This document shows positions 1 to 12,000 of a DNA stretch of 64,000 nucleotides, piece by piece. Source of the stretch: Asterias rubens (lineage: Eukaryota); NCBI RefSeq assembly GCF_902459465.1, contig NC_047069.1, positions 6,386,001 through 6,450,000 of the forward strand, in the 5' to 3' direction. Position 1 is the first letter of the stretch; each line of letters starts with the position of its first letter. The notes below the pieces were generated by a model that worked only from the letters and a program-made list of their open reading frames with translations, had not been told where the DNA came from and ran no database searches. Position numbers and translations under genes: made by a program.

Positions 1-3000
1 TTACTTCAGTGTGGAGAACTTAGTGAAGGATCTCTTCCTGCGGAGAAAGGTAATAAATCAAACTCCAGAGACAATGGATTTTTATTCAAAAGTTTTACAA
101 AAGTTATCTTACAAGGTTGGTAGAGCTGATAACAGTTGCAGACAGTGTTCATGTTTTGTGTGATTGGCCAAATAAATGCAACTACCAAGCTTAAAAAATA
201 TATAGGCTAAATCCGTTGTGTGAAAAACCATGCACACATTTTCAGCACATTGTCATTAATTTTGGATGTGTCAACCCAAACCATTTTTTTTTTTAGTTGA
301 TGGATTTAAACAAAGAATTAATTGACTGGAGCGGAACTGAAACCAATGACTGATGAGTTGGCCGATGATTATATCCTTTGCTGTTCACATTCTGTATTGT
401 TGGGCACTCCTTGTGCCCACCATGTCGATGTACACTGTTAAAATGAGGCCAAATATTGACTCGGTACGAGATCAGAAGACACGTACATATATTTTTTTGC
501 TGAAGGAAATACTTGCCGGCAGTCGTACTATTGCCGCAATTACTGCGGTGATGCCATGCTGTGGTTTGTCTTTGGTGGACACGCTGAGCCAGTCTCTTCG
601 AGCTTCAATTTACGTGTTCCATGATAAAAGGAATCCCTCCTATAGTTGACCAATGGGAATCATGCTCTCTACATGTTTATCCAATCACTGTTTAGATGGA
701 TGCAGAGGGATACCTGCCTGTGAGTTTGATAGCCAGCTTCCATCGGGTGCAGAAGTTGACCAGTGACAACGTCATTATCATCGAGGTAAAACCAACTGTA
801 GTTATTTATAGCAACCCGTTTTTGAGATACTGGCATATGTTAATTTTTTTTACACAATTGTTTTAATCCAATATAATTATACATACATACATAAAAAAGA
901 ACCTGTGAAATTTTCATTTAAAAAGCTGGTAGTGTTTTTAAAATATAGCCAGAAATCCAGAGCTGTTGTGTCCATGCTTATTGGAATACATAATCTGAGA
1001 AACATATCTGACAGTAACGTTTCTGCTATTCAAATTTTCCTAGTAGAGATATCGCCGAAAATCCAGAGTTGTTGTGCCCCCCCGCAGAAGGAATAAACCG
1101 TATTTTGAAAACACAATCTGAGAAATGTATCTTTCGGGAATGTTTCTCAAATTCAAATTTTCCTGTTTATGGCTGATGATTATATCCACTGCTGTTCACA
1201 TTCTGTATTGGTAGGCACTACTTGCGCCTGCCATGTAGATGCACATTGTTAAATGAGGCCATAAAGAGTGCTTAAAAAGGGATTAGTGGCAAGAAGCTTA
1301 AGAAGGGATTAGTTGCACTAACCAGTTTTAAATATTGAAGAGCGTTAACGGTTTACTTCATGCATCAATCAGAGCAATTATTATTATTGTGATTTCTTTT
1401 CAAAGGCGCTGGCTGACAGTGAAGAGGTTGAGCTCTCTCCGGATAATATGAGGATCCGACGCCGTGATGACCCTCTACAGTGGATCATTACCGGCCCCGC
1501 GCTACCCTCGACCGTCACATCGGTTCTCTCCTACGACAGTCCAGAGTTTGTTCCCGGCAAGCCCTACCCTTACGTGAATACACATGACACAGGTTTGTGG
1601 AGAATTACAGTTTCAAGGGTTGTGGTACTTGTTGTACTGCACACAAACTCCACTGATTTACATTAAACTTACATGGTTTGAAGATAATGATAAAATAAAG
1701 CTTCCCTTAGTTGAAGACAGTGGACATTATTGGTAATTGTCAAAGACTAGTCTTCACAGTCGGTGTATCTCAACATATGCATAAAATAACAAAGCTGTGA
1801 AAATTTGAGCTCAATCGGTCGTTGAAGTTGCAAGATAATAATGAAAGGAAAAACACCCTTGTCACAGGAAGTTGTGTGCTTTCTGATGCTTGATTTTGAG
1901 ACTTCAAATTCTAAACTTGAGGTCTCGAAATCAAATTTGTGAAAAATTACTTCTTTCTCGAAACCTACTTCACTTCAGAGTGAGCTGTTTCAATTCTCAA
2001 CCTCTACCCATTACTCGTAATCAAGAAAGGTTTTATGATGATAATTATTTTGAGTAATTACCAAATTTTAAAAAATGTGCAAAAGATTTTTAATTGAGAT
2101 AAAATTATTCTAGCATTTAAACAAACAAAAAATTCTCTAAAATTTGATGACTGAAGAAGCTGAAACTTCTACAGGTAAATTATATAACATACTGACTGTT
2201 TACAGCCAACACTAATATATATTTTTGTATCTTAGAGTTAATTCTTCAAATGATGATTTATCAAAAATACATGAAAGTAACGCTTTTGTCTATCAAGTCA
2301 TTGCATTCCTAGAACAGTTTTTATCTGTTGGAAGTTTGTAGACTGCGTAATTGGCCGATGATTATATCCTTTGCTGTTCACATTCTGTATTGTTGGGCAC
2401 TCCTTGTGCCCACCATGTAGATGTACACTGTTAAAATGAGGCCAAATATTGACTCAGTACTATCCAACTTCATGGTCAATGTGTGTGCTGGTCTATACAT
2501 GGGGATTGATTATCAGGTGGGCTTTGTAGATCCTTTTGGATTGAGACCTTGACGTGAATCAATATTACTATAACAGATTTGTAAAGGTGGATATTTTTAG
2601 AATTTATACCCACTTTTCAGAACCATTTCAACTCATTTAGAGATTATCAATACATGGTGTAACAGCAAACCTTGATGTAGGTTTCCACCATGCAAAGTTT
2701 CAAATCCTACTCAAGTCTGATTTCTGATTATTCTTGTTTTTGAAAAATCAGAAAATATGTGATTAAACAACCTGAAGTCTTTAATGGATGTTAAATTTGC
2801 ATCGGGGATAAAGAATATTAATTTTTGGTTTTTACCCATATATCCCACCCGAGTAAAATGCCTGTGATTTTTTCTTACAGGACTCAGGAAAGTACTGAGT
2901 ATATAGTGCTACATACATCGGTGTATATGGGTAAAAACCAAAAGTTAATAACCTGAAGTCTTTTTTTTTTTCAAGGGCCAATTATCATGCCTGTATTAAA

Positions 3001-6000
3001 CAATGATTGGGTTTTTGTGTTTGAACAGAATCGGCTCCGACTTCACCGACTCCAGCCCCTGACGCCCAGAACGTAGTTAACAATCTGAATGACGAAGGCA
3101 TGGAGATCTCCATGGAGAGGAAGGACAGCATGAATGGGTTTAACATGACCCCTGGCCTGTCCACCAGCCTGCCGGAGAAGGAGTCTAGCATATGGACAGA
3201 GGTACGACGGCGGCACAGGAGCCCTGCAGCAGCCAGCAAACCAAAGGTGAGCTCTTGAGGCCTTGAGGATTTTTCCATCCAGTACTGTGCCTCTCCTCAA
3301 TGAACCCATGTCTCACACTCCTGAGGTGATAGCCCTTGATTTCACCAAACTCTTCCTAACTTAGGATTAATCTTAGGACTTAGGACGAGTTAAGTTCCGT
3401 ATCTAAAGACGCATTTAACCATCCTAAGTTAGGAGGGGTTACTCGTCCTGAATTGATATAGGATTAATCATAGAATTTCGTGAAACCAGCTGCAGGTCTT
3501 TTTTGTTCAGCTGTGAACGCATCTGGAACTCTTTACCACTTAATCTTGGATCTTAAATTCAAATCTCTCAAACCTTGATCTTGTGTTACAAGCTTTCAAG
3601 GACTGATACAAATTCAAACGTCATGATAACTTTACTTATAATATTGTTTCCGTTTGGTTTTGTCAGACACCTGGCTCCCCTGAGCCCAACTCGGACTTGT
3701 TCGGAGGACAGGAGGAACTAGACTTCCAGTTTGACGAGGAGCTGTCCAATATAACAGGTAGCGGAAGGAAAAACACCTTCTCAGAATGGTAAGTTATCAC
3801 CCGTTTTTTTGTTTTATTTGGCCAATATGTCTTAGTCATTTTTTATGTTTATCCACTTTGAGAAAAGTCTCTCTCGAGATAAGTGAACGCAAACAATTCA
3901 GAAATATATTTCCAGATCTGAAGATATGACAGTGTACGGCTCAAGGGAGGAAAGTTGAAAAGACTGCAGGGGTTGCATCCCAAAATGTTTTACTTGTCAG
4001 AGTTTTCAAAAGACCAGAATTAAAATGAGGTTGAAGAAGCCGTCATGAGAAGATCTGTTTCATCTGTGTTTATGTGTTAATGTACTTGAAAGAGAATTGA
4101 AAGATAATTATCTTCATTTACAATGAGTAGGGATTCATTTCATGGCCCAAAACGTGACCTACAAAAGGTATCAAAACCATTGAAACAGTATTGTCTGCTT
4201 ATTAAAGCAATCGCACAACATCGGTAAACAGTATTGTCCAAAGGCCCACACTTTGTGTATCACAACTTATATAGAAAATAACAAACCTGTGAAAATTTTG
4301 GCTCAATCGGTCATCGGAGTCGAGGGAAAATAATGGGAAAACCCACCCCTTTTCCGCATGTTTCGCTATGACATGTGTCATGACATGTGTTTAAAATAAA
4401 TCTGTTATTCTCGATATCGAGAATTGATACATGGTTTAATGTTTTCTCAAAAAGTAAAGCATTTCATGGAATAATATTTCAAGGGAAGTCTTTCACCATT
4501 ACCTTCTGTATTTGTAAATATGGAACTTTAAATTTTTGTTCTGTTTGGATTGTGTGCAATGGCTTTAAATGTATGAAACTTGGCCCTGGAACTGCAAATT
4601 GCTAGAAGCTTGAATTGTTTTGCTTGTTTTGACTGCACAGGTCGGACGACTCTGACGATGAGATCACGGACCACGAGGTGAGCAAGATCATCATCGTGAC
4701 TCAGACGCCGCCATGCTACAAGAAGCACCCAGGGGGCGACCGGACGGGCTACCACGTATCCCGCTCCAAGATCACCAACAACCTGGCCAAGATCATCAAC
4801 GACGGACTGTATTACTATGAGATGGACCTATGGATGGACGATGAGATTCCTGTTCCAAAGGTTACTATTTGAATATTTGAATTTGACCGGTCAATTATTT
4901 CCCTTTAACACACCTCTTGCTTGTTCTGTATTCTGTTTGGCTGAAACTCTGTCACGTTGGGTGAACTATTATAGTGTAGTGATAGGTTACAGCGCCCTCT
5001 CTTGACGCGAATCGTGTACAGCAACTAAAAACTTCCTTTCTTTTCTTGTTTCACATTTAAGATGTGTTATAAAACATGTATTGACTGGCATAATTCAGTA
5101 ACCAGTGCACATCTATTCCCCCTCATTGCCAGTCGATATGTGTACACTAATGCTCTTGTTACAGCCAGCTAAATTAAAGACTAAAATGTTGAGGGAGGCT
5201 TATAATATTATGTAATCACATTTTGTTCCCCCTACATGGGATGAGGGTGCCAGTTTTTATGATCTTCAATGTGTAATATTTTCTTTTGCTGCAATTGTAT
5301 AGACTTTTTGGTCTGCTTGTTATGTGTTTTTTATTTGCTGTAATTTGTATGGAATTTTTGTGTAATTTGCGCCTTTGAACATATTCGAAAGGAGATAAGT
5401 TATTATTATAATATTTTATTTTGTCCTTTCGCTTCAGACTGAATTAATTTACAAGAAGATCAACACCATCAGTCAGGAAGACTTCTCCACCCTGGCACCG
5501 AGGGCCGAGTATCGGGAGCAAGAGGTACCCCCTGCCCCGCCGATCCAGGAACCGGAGGAGCAGAAAGAGGAAGAGCTATCGGTAAAGCCAGAACAAGACG
5601 TCAGACCCAAGGACATTACGCCCATCAAAGGTATGTTGGCCAGGGTTTAAAGAAGAAGAAAAAAGCTGCGTGGCAGAAAATGGTGCTTAGTACAGACCTT
5701 GAAATGACCCATGGCACCCAAAGCAATGCTCTTATTTTTGACTGCGTGAGGGCGCTATGAATAGTACTTTTATCACTTCCCGGGGTGTACGCGATTCGCC
5801 CTGTACAGATTAATCGGCGTTCTGTCACTTTTGTTGCGACGTAGTTTCAATTTGCTTAAGAGGTGGCAGCTCCTTACAAAAGTCTTCTTGTCCGTGATGG
5901 ATTAGATGTCTGTGATGGTAATGTGTTCCAATCTGTATTAACTGTTTTGGGTATGAATAAATATCCCCCGAAAGTGACTGAGAGCACCCTCACTCGGTAA

Positions 6001-9000
6001 AAAAATATGGCCCATTGCTGTGGTGTTTTTGCTGTGGGGCCCTATGCAAAATTCCTGTACAAATGTACGTTTTCCCTAAAGAAGTGCCCCATATTAGAGG
6101 GTAATTGCTTTGCTCCTTAAATAGAGAAGTTCAAGGCCTGTTAGTAAATGCCAAAATTAGCAGGTGATCTGCACTCAAAGAGTATTCATTACATAGTATT
6201 TGGCTGGTAACCTGAACGTACTAAGCGTGTTGTCTGTGCTAACCATTTTTAGGGGGTGCTAAATAACGTCCGTCGATAAATCGAAAATACTAAAAAACTC
6301 AATATTTTGTTGACATCGAAATCGCCGATGTCACTTTTATAATCATATCGTAATATCGGATTTTAGATATATCGAAAATTTCGATGTTTTGAAAAGTTTG
6401 ATGTTCCTAAATGATATCGAAAATACCAAAAGAGTGTCCGATTACTTAAAAGAAATCTGTGTTTGAGTATTAGAAAGGCCGTCGTCGTTATGTAGTTTCA
6501 TCATTTTGAGTTGCCCTATTAAATAAAATATGTTTTACAACCAAGTATGTCTGCTTGTTCTTTGTGTTTTCGCCATCAGCCGACGGCCCGCCGCAGAAGT
6601 TCACGACCTCGCGGCGAGCGCACGGTAAAAGCTCAAAAGAAACCGCCGCTGCTGCCCCAGCAGCCTATCGGCTGTTTAAGATGCAACTTCCCATTGTGCA
6701 TGTGATCAAAAATCAATGCGTCTCCATCACAGCATTACTGACTTTGCAAAAATACCCCGCAAAAACTTCCCCGAATCAACAAGACAAAACAAAACATGGA
6801 TGAAAACAATCTTACGTTATACAGTAAAATAATCTTTCTATCAATCCAAGGTATCGTAATGGCGTCATTTTGGTCAATTAAAGCCTACACGTTGTGTTGT
6901 TTTCGTAAACAAGCTAACATTTCCGAGGAACTATATGCTTCGCAGACCACGCTGTCGGCAGCTATTGCGTGCGTACCAGCGAAGACTATGCTTTTGTACG
7001 GTTTAAGCGTGCACACCAGCGTGTGTGGTTAATGCAATTCGGGGGGAAAACCCGTTTGCCCAAGTTTGGTCAAGGCGGTATCGCGTGATGCACTGCGTTA
7101 TTTCGACAAAAAAAAGGGCGTTCTAGCATTCAATGTTTCTTGCCTTTATTATAGAGTGCAAAGTAAAAAGACGAGCCTTTATTGGAGACTATGTGATTGC
7201 ATGCTGCGTGCGTTGTATATTGTGATCGCGGAGTGGTAGGTCTGTGTTTTGCGGGACTTTCTAGTGATTTGTTTTCGATGATTATCTCAACCATTTTTAA
7301 CCGGAAAGGTAGTGTAACATACCAGCGGACATTTATTATGTATCTAACAATATTGCCGTGAATTGTCGTTATTTTGGAGGGCATTAGACTCTGAAAAAGT
7401 TTAGTAACTAATTCATTAAGTGTTGACAAAGTTTGAAGCACCACGCTCCTAACACTCTTCACTCTCCACATAGAACAGCGGGCCTGTCTACCTAATTGTA
7501 GTTCTAACTGCACCAAATTAGATTTTTTTCCCACACCATACCAAAGATCTCAACTCAAAGCCGCCCACCGGCGCCCGTCGGACAACTTGATTGACACTTC
7601 TACGTCAATGCATCAGCAACTGACACCTTTTGTCAGCGAGTCACGCAACTCACAAAGGCTCTGTGTCATTTTGAGACGGCCAATCATGGCCAATCACGAA
7701 TCGAGAATTGTGGTGACTGTCACCAATTGGCCATGCCAGCGGTAGCGGCGATCAATTCATACAAGTTCGGAGGATCAGACAAAAACAGGTTTAAATGTAA
7801 CCCTATTAAACTGTCAGTCTACGGTATATATATTTCTACCTCCGTGAGTATACCAAGTGCTGTTTTTAGGCTTCATCTTGCGCGCGGGAAATACTCGATA
7901 TATTGAGTAAACTCGATATTAAATTTTCGATATGGGAAAAAAACTACATCGACGGACGTTAGTGCTAAATAGGTCTGTTTAAAGCCAAATTTGACTCAGG
8001 ATTACTGTGTGCTTTTTGTAATGACTAAAATGTTGAATCTGTAATGTGACATTTCGATTTAATGTTTAAAATTGTGAAAATTGTCATCGTAAATGTTGAT
8101 GTAATTTTGTTTTAGGTATACCCCAGGCAATGATGAAATCGGAGAGGCAGATCTCACAGTCGCTACCCACTGCCGTCGCCAACGCAACAACCCCTGCTAG
8201 GGAGTCGATGAGACCCATGGGGTCCCGCACCCCTAGGACCAAAGATGCCCAGTCAACACCCAGGTTCTACCCAGTCATTAAGGACTCGAGACCTATCGAT
8301 AATAAGGTGAGCATGTACCCAGAATCCAGTTGCATAGATCTAGGTGAGCATGTACCCAGAATCCAGTTGCATAGATCTAGGTGAGCATGTACCCAGAACC
8401 CAGTTGCATAGATCTAGGTGAGCATGTACCCAGAACCCAGTTGCATAGATCTAGGTGAGCATGTACCCAGAACCCAGTTGCATAGATCTAGGTGAGCATG
8501 TACCCAGAACCCAGTTGCATAGATCTAGGTGAGCAGTGTACCTCAGAACCCAGTTGCATAGGATCTAGGTGACATGTACCCAGCAACCCAGTTGCATAGA
8601 TCCTAGGTGAGCATGTACCCTGAACCCAGTTGCATAGATCGAGATGAGCATGTACCCGAGAAACCCAGTTGCATAGAGCTAGGTGAGTCATGAACCAGAA
8701 CCAGTTGCATAGATCTGAGTGAGCAGTGTACCCAGAACCCAGTTGCATAGATTCTAGGTCGAGCAATGTACCCAGAAAACCCAGTTGCAATAGATCTAGT
8801 GAGCAGTGGTAACCCATACCCAGTTTGCATAGATCTTAGGTGGAGCAATGTACCCAGAACCCAGTTGCATAGATCTAGGTGAGCATGTACCCAGAACCCA
8901 GTTGCATAGATCTAAGTGAGCATGTACCCAGAACCCAGTTGCATAGATCTAAGTGAGCGTGTACCCAGAACCCAGTTGCATAGATCTAGGTGAGCATGTA

Positions 9001-12000
9001 CCCTGAACCCAGTTGCATAGATCTAGGTGAGCAAGTACCCAGAACCCAGTTGCATAGATCTAGGTGAGCATGTACCCAGAACCCAGTTGCATAGATCTAG
9101 GTGAGCATGTACCCAGAACCCAGTTGCATAGATCTAAGTGAGCGTGTACCCAGAACCCAGTTGCATAGATCTAGGTGAGCATGTACCCAGAACCCAGTTG
9201 CATAGATCTAGGTGAGCATGTACCCAGAACCCAGTTGCATAGATCTAGGTGAGCATGTACCCAGAACCCAGTTGCATAGATCTAGGTGAGCATGTACCCA
9301 GAACCCAGTTGCATAGATCTAGGTGAGCATGTACCCAGAACCCAGTTGCATAGCTCTGCTTGGGACGCACAATTGATTAGCTCAGGCAAAACAATTATTG
9401 ACTAGTTTGTTTTCTGTGGTGACTAAGCTCAGTGATGAAAGTTTTCAGGGACAACATTTGCAGCTCTAGATTTTGTACTATTACTTATAGTTAATTCTTT
9501 TGAGAAGCAACATTTTGGAACTTCAATCAAAAATTGTGTACCCCTCAAATTTGTAAAAATTGATTTTTCTGTTTTGACCCTGTAGACGCCAAGAAAGCGG
9601 AAGACCAAACACAGTGACAACCCACCGGTGGAGAGCCACGTAGGTTGGGTCATGGACTCAAGAGAACACCCTAGTAGGTCTAGGAATACATCTATCGGGT
9701 AAGTTCGGGGTTCCAATCCCTCTTGTGTAGATAACGTTGTCATGAGTTCTTCATCATGTCCATTTGGCCCGTTGTGTCAAGAGGGGGCTGCCATCAAGAA
9801 CCCTTGATATTGTTGTTGTTCAATAGGTGGATTGCAGTACACGTCGTCGACTGCCATCTTTGAAGTATTAACAAGAAAAGTGCATGTGTTGCGCGAACAC
9901 GCGTGCACTTTTCCCTTGTTCATGCATCAAAGATGGCTGTCGATGACGCGTATTGCAGTCCGTATATTGTTAGGGATGTGCTTCCATCTTTTCACATATT
10001 TTACATGCATTTTGTGATATTTTTAGGACTCCTTTGAACCTTTTCACATATTTTACATGCATTTTGTGATGTTTTTGTCGTTCAATTGACATTAGAGGTC
10101 TTTTTGCATTTGAAATGTTGATTTTTATTACATGCTTTACATCAATATCATGAAATTGTTATTATCCAATTGTCATTCATATTTTTGCATTTTCGTCACA
10201 TATTTTACATGCATTTCATGATATTGTTATTGTACAAATGTCTTTTTGTTTCTTTTCATATGCTTAACATGCATTTTGTGATGTATTTTTGTCAAATTTG
10301 TGTGTGTATTTTTGTATATTTTCACATATTTTACATTCGTGACATTATTGTTCAATTGGTAGGGGTCTGTTGCAACTTCTCACATATTTCAATGCACATC
10401 ATTTTGCGATGTGTCTCTTTACATACAATATTTGTTGAGTTTGAGGTGTGTTATTATTCTGGTTATAATCATACTTGACATTCCTTCTTGGTTTTGTTTG
10501 TTTGTGATGATTGAATGATAAATGTATTCTGCTATTGTCGCTTGTAAACAATGACTTTTATCATAAAGTCATAATAGGCTTTATCTCATTTCCTTTGCAG
10601 CTTTTTATTTCAGGTAACATTTAGGAAAAACATTATTTCAATACTTATTTTGTCATTCTCTGATTTTTCATTCCCCAATTGTCTTAAGTGTTTTTTTTAG
10701 ATTTTTGTTTGTGATCAATTGTTCTAATTTGGAACACTGAGTAGTACTGTAAAATTATTTGCATATTCTACTCTTATATATTCTGTTATTTGATTAGTGG
10801 AACACATATCACATGGCATACTTTGTTTCAATATTGGAGTCCTATATTGATAAATATTGGACGCTTCACAACTTACCTCCACACGTAGAATTAAACTTTA
10901 CATTGAGTAGGCCTACTGTTTGTATTGATTGTTTTGCACACAAGCTTACACACACTTGCAAAAAACATTCAGGTATGACCACACATCAGCCTTAATCGTG
11001 TCATGATCAGTTGTTTTAGTATCTTGTTGGTGAAATTTTTAAATTCTAAATTTTTCGATTAGTATTTTATGAAATAAAGTATGTTTTACCAGTCAAAGTC
11101 ATTTTAAATTTTATAGGAGTTAGGCTTAGCTTAGTTAGGCTTAGTGCTATGAATATCTATCAAAAGGCATGAATATTTATCAAACGGCATCAGTTACTGC
11201 CAAAAGTTTGATTGTTATTCATTTTAGTTCTTGTCTAAACTCGTGGCCCTCAATGATTAAACCACCAGGTCACCATCGGAGGGTAGTTTGGTCAGCACAA
11301 GCTACGGTACTCCGCAACCGATACCCAAGTTTGAACATCCCTCCCATGAGCTATTGAAGGATAATAACTTCACGCAGCATGGCTACCACAAGTACCATCA
11401 AAAGTGTCTGAAAGGTAAAAAGTCTTGAGAATTATTGCCACAGTACTGTTTGCCGTCTCTGTTCTTATAAAATATGGCTATATCAAAATTGACAGCTGCT
11501 GCTACGACTATGACAATAATAATAACAATAATTAACATTTATATTGCGCCCTTACATACAAAATGATCAAAGGCGCAGAACACATGTTAAAAAGCACAGA
11601 GTGGAAGAAAAAGACAAAGAAAAAAGACTGGTCACCATGCCAGTGCCCAAACAAAAGTATGGTATACATCTGTCCCGCCAACAGAGAACTAAAAGGTCTA
11701 TCCCTGCTGGCATCGGTAATGTTTGACCTTTGCAGGAGACAGATGCCCCTAACCAAATGACTGTTGCTAAGTGTGCTACTAAGAATATTCCATACTATAA
11801 TGAATGCAGCTGTAGCTGTAGCTATAGCCGCCACTTTGGACACAGCCTTGCAATTTTATCTTTTGACACCGTATTTATGAGCTGAGAAAGATTTAAGAAT
11901 CACTAATGGCCCAGTGACTTGGGGTGGATTTCACAAGGAGTTATGACTAGTCTTATGTCGAGTTAGGACGAGTTTACTTTGGCGCTAGTCTTAAGTTTTA

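Noticed and set aside
7130-7534. 134-aa ORF as hAT transposase
   Set aside because: No BED finger, DDE or dimerisation motifs recognisable.
8520-8870. Diverged core of the 37-bp array as evolutionary signal
   Set aside because: Scattered single-base insertions look like low-quality read ends or consensus error; not interpretable without raw reads.
8307-9353. CRISPR-like 37-bp repeats
   Set aside because: Units are directly adjacent with no unique spacers, there are no cas genes, and the context is a eukaryotic intron.
11245-11268. U12-type intron explaining the weak acceptor
   Set aside because: The upstream donor is GTAAGT (U2-type), not RTATCCTT.
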